From: Verrucomicrobiia bacterium
GTDB taxonomy: Bacteria > Verrucomicrobiota > Verrucomicrobiia > Limisphaerales > UBA1319
Direction of reading: 5' to 3'
DNA: 64,000 nucleotides
Assembly (NCBI GenBank): GCA_963664225.1
Contig: OY760937.1
Location: forward strand, 4,576,001-4,640,000
Shown here piece after piece: positions 37,938 to 47,021 of the stretch; position 1 is the first letter of the stretch, and each line of letters starts with the position of its first letter. A program made the translations under genes and the position numbers. The notes under the pieces are model-generated. The model had not been told where the DNA came from and ran no database searches. It worked only from the letters and a program-made list of their open reading frames with translations.

Positions 37938-38966
37938 CTATCCTGCATTGGCCTTGTCGAAAACTTCCGGATAAAGCGTTTGGGCGCATTGTGGGCAGAT
38001 GCCGTGGGTAAAATTCACGGACGCATGCTCCTGCAAGTATTCCTCCACCTGGTGCCAGTAGCCCTGATCGTCCCGCACTTTTTTGCAACTCGCGCAGATC
38101 GGCAGCAGGCCGGTAAGGGTTTTGACGTTGGTGATGGTGGCCTTGAGTTGATTGATGAGCATTTCACGCTCCTTTTCAGTCCGTTTGCGATACGTAATAT
38201 CCGCGCAAACGCCAGCCAATCTCACGGGGCGGCCCGTCAAAGTGCGAATGACGCGACCTTTGCATTGGAACCATCTTTCCTCATTGGAAGCGTCTGAGAG
38301 TCTAAATTCCAATTCGATGGGTTCGTCATCGAGTAGATTTTCCAGAGCGGATTGAATGGTATGAGCCAGTGGCAGCCGATCTTCGGGAAACACCATCTGG
38401 AGATACTCCTCATAGGTCATGTTGCAGTTAATGGGATTTCGGCCGATCAGCGCGGAGGCATCGGGGGACCATGTGAGTCGGTCCGTTTCGATCTCCCATT
38501 GCCAGGTTCCCATTTGCGCTGCGGACAGGGCCATGCCCAGTTGCTCCTCTCTCTGTCGGAGGGCCTCCTCGATGCGCCGTTTCTCGCGCCGGATTTCGCA
38601 CTGTTTGATTTCGCGGTCGATCGCCGGGCCCAGACGGGCAAAGTTATCTTTCAGGATCAAATCATGCGCACCTAGTTTCATGATCGAGGCGGCGGCTTCT
38701 TCACCGATGGCTCCTGTGACGATAATGAATGGAATGTCCAGCTTTCGTTCCTGGACCATGGCCAAGGCTTCGAAGGCGGTAAAAAGGGGCATGGAATAAT
38801 CCGCGAGTATGACTGTCCACCTGCAAACATCCAGGGCGGTCGCCAGTTCGACGGGGGTTTCGATGCGTTTATAATCGAAGTTGTATCCCTGGTTGCTGAG
38901 TTGCCGCACCAGCAATAAAACATCTTCATTGGAGTCCTCGAGGATTAGGACGCGCATCGAATTCAT
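37938..38966 (-). CDS. Response regulator: receiver, PAS and C-terminal Cys-rich domain
   Basis: VLILEDS, ILADYSMP, GAHDLILKD; PAS MGTWQWEI; LLPICASCKKVRDDQGYW...FTHGICPQC; ATG 38966 has GGAG upstream. Confidence 0.88.
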   Translation of the reverse strand: MNSMRVLILEDSNEDVLLLVRQLSNQGYNFDYKRIETPVELATALDVCRWTVILADYSMPLFTAFEALAMVQERKLDIPFIIVTGAIGEEAAASIMKLGAHDLILKDNFARLGPAIDREIKQCEIRREKRRIEEALRQREEQLGMALSAAQMGTWQWEIETDRLTWSPDASALIGRNPINCNMTYEEYLQMVFPEDRLPLAHTIQSALENLLDDEPIELEFRLSDASNEERWFQCKGRVIRTLTGRPVRLAGVCADITYRKRTEKEREMLINQLKATITNVKTLTGLLPICASCKKVRDDQGYWHQVEEYLQEHASVNFTHGICPQCAQTLYPEVFDKANAG

Positions 38967-39132
38967 AGACAAATCTCCATCACAGTACATGACGTTACTA
39001 GAGGCGCCTACTGGCAGACAATGGCCGGACCCTCCCCTTCTTGATCTACAACCGACTAGTCCCATTAGCTGTGGTTAGCACCAGTACTGACAAACCCAAT
39101 ATAGGCCCTGTCGGGCATTTGTCTAACGCGCA

Positions 39133-39867
39133 TCAAGCCTCTGGACGAGGTGAGCGGCGCAACCCATTCTGGAAAAGCAACCTCCACGTCATCCAAATCG
39201 CTTCCCAAACGATATGACCGGACATCTTCGAGGTTCCTTGAAAGCGATCTGTGAAAACAATGGGCACTTCCGCCACGGTTTGTCCCTTTCGCCAGATCTT
39301 GTGGGTCATCTCGATCTGGAAACTGTAACCATTGGAGCGCACAGCCTTGAGGTCAATGGCTTCCAGGGCGCGCCTGCGGAAGCATTTGAAACCGCCGGTC
39401 GGGTCCGAAAATGGCATCCCAGTGATGACCTGAACATACTTGGCGGCCGCCATGCTCAGCATCAGCCGTTTGAGCGGCCAGTTGATGACCCGAATGCCGT
39501 TCTTGTAGCGGGAACCCAGGACCAGGTCCGCGTTTTGCGCGGCCTTGAGAAAGGCCGGGATATCGTCGGGATTGTGGGAGAAATCGCCATCCATCTCGAA
39601 GATGAATTCATAGCCATGCTTTAATGCCCAATCGAATCCGGCGCAATAAGCGCGACCCAGGCCGCTTTTCTCGGCGCGATGCAACACCTGAAGCTTGGGC
39701 TGGGCGGCGGCTATTTCGTCCGCAAGCTTGCCAGTGCCGTCCGGCGAATTGTCATCCACGATGAGTAGATCGACATCAACTGGCAATCGCAGAACGCGTT
39801 CGACCAGCGCGGGAAGATTGTCCCGTTCGTTATACGTGGGAACGATGACCAGGGCGTCGTGTTGCAT
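39133..39867 (-). CDS. Polyprenol monophosphomannose synthase (GT2)
   Basis: VIVPTYNERDNL, VDDNSPDGTG, GLGRAY, EMDGDFSH, SNGYSFQIE. Confidence 0.92.
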   Translation of the reverse strand: MQHDALVIVPTYNERDNLPALVERVLRLPVDVDLLIVDDNSPDGTGKLADEIAAAQPKLQVLHRAEKSGLGRAYCAGFDWALKHGYEFIFEMDGDFSHNPDDIPAFLKAAQNADLVLGSRYKNGIRVINWPLKRLMLSMAAAKYVQVITGMPFSDPTGGFKCFRRRALEAIDLKAVRSNGYSFQIEMTHKIWRKGQTVAEVPIVFTDRFQGTSKMSGHIVWEAIWMTWRLLFQNGLRRSPRPEA

Positions 39868-39965
39868 GTCGTTGATATTCTGGCTTAACGCATACCAGAG
39901 TTGCGAAAATTAGCAAGAACGCATCCGGACCAAATATTCCGCAGCCCATGGGGCTTCCCGCAGGC

Positions 39966-40931
39966 TCAATCCAGGCCGCTGGCCAGTTTCGCGCGCTGCA
40001 CCACCTTTTGGGCGATGACGCGGGCTTTGGTGGCGCCTTCTTTCAGCACTTGATGGACATAATCCAGGTTGGCGGAAAGCTCGGCGCGTCTGGCGCGGGC
40101 CGGGGCAAAGAAATTCCAATAGTTCTCAAAAAGGGCCTTTTTAAGGTCTCCGTAACCTAATCCACCCGCGCGCAGACGGCTCTCGTAATCGGCGGAAACG
40201 TCGGCGGGGGCCACGAGCTTAAGCAATTGAACCGCCAGGTTTTTGTCCGCGTCAGGCTTGGGTTCGGCGGGGGAGCGGCTGTCCATGACAATGCTCATGA
40301 TTTTTTTGCGTATGGCCTTTTCATCGCCAAAAATATCGACGGCATTCCCATAGCTTTTGCTCATCTTCTGACCGTCCAGGCCGGGCACCACGGCTGTTTC
40401 GTCCCGGATTTCCGGTTCCGGCACGACGAAAGTGTCGCCATATTGCAGATTGAACTTGATGGCGATATCGCGGGTGACCTCGACATGCTGCTTCTGATCC
40501 TTGCCCACAGGGACAATGTTGGAGTCGTAGATCAAAATATCCGCGGCCATCAGCACGGGGTAGGCGAAAAGACCGTGGTAAGGGGAAATACCACGTGCCA
40601 GTTTGTCCTTGTAGCTGTGGCAGCGTTCAAGCAGGCCCATAGGGGTGATGGTGGTCAGAATCCAGGCCAGCTCGGTGACTTCCGGCACGTCCGATTGCTT
40701 GAAGAAGACCGATTTTTGAGGATCCAGCCCGCAAGCCAGGAAATCCAGGGCCACGTCCAGGGAGTTCTGACGGCGTTTGGCGGCGTCGAACAACGAGGTC
40801 ATGGAATGGTAGTTGGCGATGAAATAATAGGCCTCGCCCCGTGTCTGGAGGTCGATGGCCGGCTTCATCATCCCGAAATAATTGCCGAGATGCAAAGTGC
40901 CTGATGGCTGTATGCCCGATAAAATTCGCAT
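39966..40931 (-). CDS. trpS: Tryptophan--tRNA ligase
   Basis: MRILSGIQPSGTLHLGNY, YPVLMAADIL, VPVGKDQKQH, KMSKSY; start taken as ATG 40931. Confidence 0.97.
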   Translation of the reverse strand: MRILSGIQPSGTLHLGNYFGMMKPAIDLQTRGEAYYFIANYHSMTSLFDAAKRRQNSLDVALDFLACGLDPQKSVFFKQSDVPEVTELAWILTTITPMGLLERCHSYKDKLARGISPYHGLFAYPVLMAADILIYDSNIVPVGKDQKQHVEVTRDIAIKFNLQYGDTFVVPEPEIRDETAVVPGLDGQKMSKSYGNAVDIFGDEKAIRKKIMSIVMDSRSPAEPKPDADKNLAVQLLKLVAPADVSADYESRLRAGGLGYGDLKKALFENYWNFFAPARARRAELSANLDYVHQVLKEGATKARVIAQKVVQRAKLASGLD

Positions 40932-41058
40932 AATCGGATAGGTTAGCCAGTTTGCGGCGCGTTGCAAGAGCGCGAGTAAGGGGTGGCGCGGGACGCTGAT
41001 TGTGATTGCGCGTTGCTGCGGGACATTTTGGATGGCCGGTGACACGATTTTCGTGACT

Positions 41059-41086
41059 TTGACAATGCGATGAGTTAAGGCACAAT
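41059..41086 (+). promoter_or_regulatory. sigma70-like promoter of the kinase gene
   Basis: TTGACA (41059-41064), 16-nt spacer, CACAAT (41081-41086), ATG 8 nt later. Confidence 0.5.
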
Positions 41087-41094
41087 GTCTTAGG

Positions 41095-43287
41095 ATGCGA
41101 ACGTCTTTCACGGATGCCATGAAAAGAATCCCCGCGAGCAGGTTCGTTCGAGGGAATCCATTATTTCGTCGGTGGCTTTGGATCTGGCCGGTCCTGGGAT
41201 TATTGGCATCTGCGGCAATTGGGATATGGGTGCGCAATGGCGTGGAATCCGCCATTACCACCAATCTCGCGAGCGAATTGGATGTCCTGCTGCAGGCCAA
41301 CGTCACAGCGATGCGCATGTGGCTGGAAGCGCATGTGGCCGATGCCCAGGCCGTTGCGGCCGATCCGGATATTCTTGCGCCCGCCCAGGGGCTGCTGCAA
41401 CTGGCCCAGAGTGAGGAAACCACTTCCAGGGATTTGCTGGTCAGCCCCTACCTGACTGCGCTGCGCGAAAGCATCCGGCCTTTGATGGAAAGTCACGACT
41501 ACGCGGATTTTACCTTGATCACACCCGGCGGTCGGTTCATCGCTTCCGGCGTCGATCAACTGATTGGTGGCATGGCTGGAACGAACCTGATTCCGACACT
41601 CTCAAAAGTCATGGCCGGCAGAACATTTGTGACAGCGCCGTTCCCCAGTCGGGTGATGGTGCCCGACGAGAATGGAGTGCGTCGCGCCGGGGTGCCGATC
41701 ATTTTGGTGCTGGCCCCATTGCGGGACGCGCAGCAGCGGGTCATCGCGGCGATCGGACTGCGGTTGCCTCCGGAAAAAGGTTTTAGCGAAATTCTGTCGG
41801 TCGCGCGTTTGGGCGCCAGCGGAGAAACGCTCGCTTTCAACAGGCAGGGATTGCTGGCTTCCGCAGTAAGGTTCGAACCGCAACTCAGGGATCTGGGATT
41901 GCTGCCGGAAGGCGCGGAAGAAGAGGCCATCCTCAATTTATCGCTCCGCGATCCGGGGGCGGACCTTCCGGCGGGCGGACATCCAGAGCTCCGCCGTGGC
42001 AAATGGCCGCTGATTCATCTTGTGACCGAGGCCGTTCAACACCGCGCGGGCGTGGATGTCAAAGGTCACCGGGACTATCGGGGTGTCGAGGTGCTGGCGG
42101 CGTGGACCTGGCTGCCGGAACTCGATCTGGGAATCGCGACCAAAGTGGATCGGGCGGAGGCTTATCAACCGCTCCAGATTCTCTACATATCGTTCTATGT
42201 TTCCGCGGGAATGTCCGTGATCGGGGCATTGGTGACACTGGCAGCGGTGCCGTGGGTTCGGCGGTTCCAGCGCCAGGCGCGCCAGGCGGCCATTACGGGT
42301 GGCAAACTCGGTCAATACATTCTTGAAGAACCCATAGGCGAAGGCGGTTTCGCGATGGTCTATCGCGCCCGCCATGTGCTGTTGCGGCGTCCGGTGGCGC
42401 TGAAGATTCTCAAACCGGCCATCACGAGCGATTTGACCATCGCACGGTTCGAGCGCGAGGTTCAAACCACCAGTCTTTTGACCCATCCGAACACCGTGGC
42501 CATCTATGATTACGGTCACACTGAGGAAGGGCTTTTTTATTATGCCATGGAGTATCTGGATGGGATCAGCCTGCGCGATTTGATCGGGCGATTTGGACCG
42601 CTGCCCGAAGGCCGGGTCATTCATATCATGCGGCAAATCTGCGGTTCGCTTGCCGAGGCGCATGGCATGGGACTCGTCCATCGCGATATCTCGCCGGGCA
42701 ACGTTTTGTTGAATCGCCGCGGCGGTCAGTGCGACGTGGTCAAGGTTGTCGATTTCGGCCTGGTCAAGGCCATCGACCAGCGCCTGCAAATGTCGCTGAC
42801 CATGACGGATACCGCGATCGGCACACCGCAATACATGTCTCCGGAAGCAATCCGGTATCCCGATCAAGTCGATGCCCACAGCGATTTATATTCCCTGGGC
42901 GCTCTCGGCTTTTTCATGCTAACCGGACGTCCGCCCTTTGAGGCGGAAACGCTTGCCGCCTTGTTTGACCGGGAGACCAATACCCCTCCGCCAAGCCCTT
43001 CGCAGATGGCAGCAACACACTTTTCAGCCAGTTTTGAGGCCTTGATACTTGCCTGTCTGGCCAAGGAAAAAGCGGGCAGACCGGCCAGCGCTCTGGCTTT
43101 GGACGAGGCATTGGATTCTTGTGCAGCCTCGACACCGTGGACCGTTGGCCAGACCAACGAGTGGTGGCAGGTGAATTTGCCCGCGACCGCATCGCCAGTA
43201 CCATCCGCCATTCAGGAACGGACGCTCGTCGTCTCAATGAAAACGAAGAATATGGCCAGGGACGGTGGTTCGGATGAGGAGAGCTGA
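41095..43287 (+). CDS. Membrane Ser/Thr protein kinase with N-terminal Cache-like sensor between two TM helices
   Basis: TM1, about 320-aa loop with GETLAFN and DYRGVEVLAAW, TM2; kinase IGEGGFAMVY, VALKIL, HRDISPGN, DFG, GTPQYMSPE; alternative ATG 41119. Confidence 0.9.
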   Translation: MRTSFTDAMKRIPASRFVRGNPLFRRWLWIWPVLGLLASAAIGIWVRNGVESAITTNLASELDVLLQANVTAMRMWLEAHVADAQAVAADPDILAPAQGLLQLAQSEETTSRDLLVSPYLTALRESIRPLMESHDYADFTLITPGGRFIASGVDQLIGGMAGTNLIPTLSKVMAGRTFVTAPFPSRVMVPDENGVRRAGVPIILVLAPLRDAQQRVIAAIGLRLPPEKGFSEILSVARLGASGETLAFNRQGLLASAVRFEPQLRDLGLLPEGAEEEAILNLSLRDPGADLPAGGHPELRRGKWPLIHLVTEAVQHRAGVDVKGHRDYRGVEVLAAWTWLPELDLGIATKVDRAEAYQPLQILYISFYVSAGMSVIGALVTLAAVPWVRRFQRQARQAAITGGKLGQYILEEPIGEGGFAMVYRARHVLLRRPVALKILKPAITSDLTIARFEREVQTTSLLTHPNTVAIYDYGHTEEGLFYYAMEYLDGISLRDLIGRFGPLPEGRVIHIMRQICGSLAEAHGMGLVHRDISPGNVLLNRRGGQCDVVKVVDFGLVKAIDQRLQMSLTMTDTAIGTPQYMSPEAIRYPDQVDAHSDLYSLGALGFFMLTGRPPFEAETLAALFDRETNTPPPSPSQMAATHFSASFEALILACLAKEKAGRPASALALDEALDSCAASTPWTVGQTNEWWQVNLPATASPVPSAIQERTLVVSMKTKNMARDGGSDEES

Positions 43288-43452
43288 GGGCGTTTGGAAA
43301 TAGAATTTCAAAGTTCCAAACGACTCCTTAAACAAACTGATGGATGATCCCCATTCCTTTTTCATTGAGTGAGCATTCGCACTAAGTTTCGGGCTTTTAG
43401 GCGACGTCGGCTTTCGGTGGGGCGCTGGAATTTGTGCGCGCGGGAGCATATC

Positions 43453-43536
43453 CAGCCCTGCGGACTGGGCTGAGGGATCGCGGGCCGTTGGCCCGGACCG
43501 CGATGCCGTTGGGCCGGATCGCAATCCGTCTGCAGG
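43453..43536. repeat. Structured GC-rich intergenic element with 20-21-bp tandem copies
   Basis: ggatcgcgg-gccgttggccc / ggaccgcgatgccgttgggcc / ggatcgcaatcc enclosed by cctgcggac...gtctgcagg. Confidence 0.45.
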
Positions 43537-44970
43537 TTATTCCCCCATTCCCCAATGTGCCGGGTAGGTGACCTTTCGTTCTGCAGGTTTGAATTTGTAG
43601 GCGGTGACGTTTGGAATCACATCCACCTGGGTCGTGAATTTGAATGGGGCCGGGAGACCGACCCGTGGAAACGTCAATTCCACCATGTAGGCCGTCCAGC
43701 CTTGCGTCGGTTTGGAAACTTTTCCAACGTAAACACCGTCTCCCTCGTCTTTCAAATCGGTGCTCGTCCAGACAGGTCCAATTTTTTCCAGCCGGAAATC
43801 GCGGGCGTTGGGATTGGTCGCCTGCCAGAGCTTGACGGCTCCTGGCTTGTCCTGTGTTTTGACGCGCAGCGTGCCGTCCGGTTCGGAAACCCATGTGAAT
43901 TGGGGCAGGGGAACCTTGTTGATCACGGCGTAGAAACAGGTCACAAGGGTCTCGAGCGCGTCGCTGTTCTTGAGAGAATGGTCGGTATTGGGCACGTAGC
44001 GGAGATACTTTGTGCCGGGGAGGTCCTGGAAATAGAACTGGCTTGAATCGGGCAGGAAGAACTGGTCGCCGGTGGCATTGACGATGAATTTGGGCATGGT
44101 CAGCCGGTCGCTATATTCATACGGCTCCTCGATTTTCATCAGGTTGCGATATTCGGTGGTGCCCTGCCATTCCATGATGCCCGCCTTGACGTAATCCTGC
44201 ACGGCCGGGGCGTATTCCCCGTAAGCTTCCCAGTGATGCTTGAAGGAGGGTTCGATGTTCAGGAGATCGATGACGCACGGCACTATGGCTTTGACCCGGT
44301 GATCGACAGCGGCGGTGGTCCAGGTGGTCCAGCCACGCTTGGAACCGCCCGCCACGACAAAGCTGTCTATCGTGATCCCGCCGCCGTTGGTGCCCGCGCA
44401 AAAGGCGGTAACCGTGTCCATGGCCCGCACCGCGCTCTTGGTCATCGGGAGTCGCGCGGGCCAGCGCTCATCCCCGGTGCGCAAATATTTGTCCCAGGTA
44501 TAGGCGATCAGGTCGTCCTCGACTCTGGGATGGCCGTCGCTGTTGAAGGTCAGCGGCTGGTTGGGGACGTTTTTCAATTCGCACACCACAGATTTGGTGG
44601 CCATCGCGGCGCGAATCGTGTTGCCATCGGCCTGGGTGGGCGCGGGTTTGTCATTGTCGCCACCCCCGATGAACAACAGCGCCGTGGAACTGCTCACCTC
44701 GTCAGGTTTGGTCACCGTCATCCAGTGTTTCCAAAGCGTCCGATCCACCTCTTTGGCAGTGAGCCAGGATTGGGAGGTCATCTCAATCACGCACGTGGTG
44801 TAATGGTCCCCACGCACCGTGTTGATCACAGACCACGTAAAATTCGTATCCGGCGCGGCAATGTAGCGGTCCAGGGCGGTCTGGCTGGCTGCAACAATCT
44901 GCCTTTCCGCAGCGGTGAACAGGATGATGAAGGCAATGGTTGCCCGAAATAAAGAAGCGAGATGATTCAT
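43537..44970 (-). CDS. PhoPQ-activated pathogenicity-related (PqaA-family) alpha/beta hydrolase, secreted
   Basis: MTSQSW, VPNQPL, EDDLIAYTW, LPMTKSAVRAMD, GGSKRGWTTW, DQFFLPD. Confidence 0.9.
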   Translation of the reverse strand: MNHLASLFRATIAFIILFTAAERQIVAASQTALDRYIAAPDTNFTWSVINTVRGDHYTTCVIEMTSQSWLTAKEVDRTLWKHWMTVTKPDEVSSSTALLFIGGGDNDKPAPTQADGNTIRAAMATKSVVCELKNVPNQPLTFNSDGHPRVEDDLIAYTWDKYLRTGDERWPARLPMTKSAVRAMDTVTAFCAGTNGGGITIDSFVVAGGSKRGWTTWTTAAVDHRVKAIVPCVIDLLNIEPSFKHHWEAYGEYAPAVQDYVKAGIMEWQGTTEYRNLMKIEEPYEYSDRLTMPKFIVNATGDQFFLPDSSQFYFQDLPGTKYLRYVPNTDHSLKNSDALETLVTCFYAVINKVPLPQFTWVSEPDGTLRVKTQDKPGAVKLWQATNPNARDFRLEKIGPVWTSTDLKDEGDGVYVGKVSKPTQGWTAYMVELTFPRVGLPAPFKFTTQVDVIPNVTAYKFKPAERKVTYPAHWGMGE

Positions 44971-45194
44971 GGCATGGCCGTTTTCTCTGAACGATTCAGC
45001 GTGTTTGATTGCATGGGCATCATGGCGGAAAAGGCCTGCGGCTGCAAGCTCGCCTGTTGGGAATGTCGCCGCGTCCCAGTGATTACTGACATGAAAGGAA
45101 ACACACTAAAAACTTTCCTCTTCCTCAAACACCTCCCAGGTCTGCAAACGAATCCAATCCGCCTTGGAATAAAGTCCGCGCGGACCAAAATAAA

Positions 45195-45791
45195 TTATTT
45201 CAGGCTTTTCCTGTGGGTGTCATAATAGAAGTTGTTGCTTATATCCCGTTTTTGAAAACTTTGCAGTTTATCTCGTGTGAACAATCCAGACGTTGCATCC
45301 TTCAGTGGAACGATGAAAAACTCGGCTGGATTATCTGCCTGTCCTCCAATGCCGATCACAATGAAAACCGGCATTTTTCGCTGTTCCATAAATCTTCTAT
45401 AGTTGTCGAGTTGATCTTGCCTTAGTTCAATTGCGTTTTGGAAATAGTCGGTTCGGTATTTGCATTCGACTGCAAATTCCTCGGTGACACCTTTATTCGA
45501 AAACTCCATCTGAAGGTCAGGAAAAAGCGTGGATTCGGCGTAAATGCCGTTGGTAAATTTGTCACCCCGCCACTCCTTAGTATTGAAATATCGTCGGTCA
45601 AACTTTTGAACCACATATTGTTCAAAGCAAATCCCTTTTTCCTTGTTAGCGTCTTTTGAGATTTCATTGGCAACAAGGACGTTAGAGTGGTCTAGGTGAG
45701 ATGCTGTGGAGACGTTTTTTCCTGTTAAGATCAAAAGGACTCCGCAGATCACTGATATCAATCCCACAATGATTAAAATAATGCCTGTCAT
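45195..45791 (-). CDS. Membrane-anchored PD-(D/E)xK nuclease-like protein
   Basis: N-terminal TM; KGICFEQYV...FPDL...AVECKYR; visibly AT-rich; alternative GTG start 45806. Confidence 0.7.
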   Translation of the reverse strand: MTGIILIIVGLISVICGVLLILTGKNVSTASHLDHSNVLVANEISKDANKEKGICFEQYVVQKFDRRYFNTKEWRGDKFTNGIYAESTLFPDLQMEFSNKGVTEEFAVECKYRTDYFQNAIELRQDQLDNYRRFMEQRKMPVFIVIGIGGQADNPAEFFIVPLKDATSGLFTRDKLQSFQKRDISNNFYYDTHRKSLK

Positions 45792-46063
45792 TCTAATTGA
45801 CCTCACAAAGCTTACTGTTATTGGAAGACGGAGTTCCTGTCGAGCTTTTCGGATTTCATCGGTCCTAGCCCAAAGGCTGGATCACGAGAGGAGGCTCGAA
45901 AAAGGATATAGTTTGTTTCCACCACGATTGTTGGTTGCCAGCGAACCGACCAGGCATCTGTGCCCTTTTCCTGAGATTGCCTTGTCGTGTTTGTCGACGC
46001 AGGTTCTCGAAAGCATATTCCTGTTGAAGGGATAAACGGTTATGGCGTATCAATGGGTTCCAT

Positions 46064-46795
46064 ATGAAGCGAATACTTTCATTGATTGCGATGCTCAGCC
46101 TGACCGGAGCCATGGTGGCCACCGCGGCTGATTCAACACCCAACACGCTCACCGACGCTGAAAAAGCCCAGGGCTGGAAACTGCTCTTTAATGGCACTAA
46201 TTACAGCGGATGGCATAACTTCAAACAGCAGGGGATCAAAGAGGGCTGGCAGGTGAAGGATGGGGCGCTCGTTTGTGTGGATCCTCACAACGCAGGCGAT
46301 ATCGTCACGCCTGACAAATACGGCGCTTTCGAGCTCCAGATCGATTATAACATCTCCGAGGCCGGCAACAGCGGGATCATGTATCACGTCACGGACGAAG
46401 GGGGTGCAGCCTGGGCCACCGGACCGGAGTTTCAACTGGAAGATAACGTCAAGGCGGCCGACCAGGTGCGCTGCGGTTGGTTGTATGCTCTTTATGAGCC
46501 GCCCATCGATGCCAAAACCGGTAAGCATTTGGATGCCACCAAGCCTGTTGGACAATGGAATCACATCCGCCTGCTCATCACCCCCGAGAAGTGTGTGCAT
46601 GAGATCAATGGCGTGACGTATTTCGAATATGTTCTCGGCAGTGACGATTTCAAGGCCCGCGTGGCCAAGAGCAAGTTCGCGAGCATGCCAAAATTTGCGA
46701 AGGCGGATGCGGGATATATCGCGCTGCAGGGTGACCACGGCCAGGTGTCCTTCCGGAACATCAAGATTCGCGCCATCCCGGCGACCAAGCCATAA
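46064..46795 (+). CDS. Secreted DUF1080 protein
   Basis: PNTLTDAEKAQGWKLLFNG, GNSGIMY, GPEFQL, GQWNHIR, LQGDHGQVSFRNIKIR. Confidence 0.9.
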   Translation: MKRILSLIAMLSLTGAMVATAADSTPNTLTDAEKAQGWKLLFNGTNYSGWHNFKQQGIKEGWQVKDGALVCVDPHNAGDIVTPDKYGAFELQIDYNISEAGNSGIMYHVTDEGGAAWATGPEFQLEDNVKAADQVRCGWLYALYEPPIDAKTGKHLDATKPVGQWNHIRLLITPEKCVHEINGVTYFEYVLGSDDFKARVAKSKFASMPKFAKADAGYIALQGDHGQVSFRNIKIRAIPATKP

Positions 46796-47021
46796 ACATT
46801 CTGTAATCAGGCAACGGGTGCAGATCCAAGAAAAGGTTCTGCACCCTTCACTTCAATCCTTTCGCCGCGCGTGCTTCGCGGCCCACATGCCCAGCCTCGT
46901 CCGACGCGTCGGGGAAGCATCGGTTTCATTTTCCAAGCTGAGGCGGGTTGTTTTTCCGTGAAATACACAAATACAAAAGGTTGCGCTGCCATACAAAACA
47001 TCGGCATTTAATGTGGAGCGT

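Noticed and set aside
40932..41423. N-terminal extension of trpS in the ORF track (485 aa)
   Set aside because: The TrpS motif begins at MRILSG (40931); the extension overlaps the divergent kinase gene
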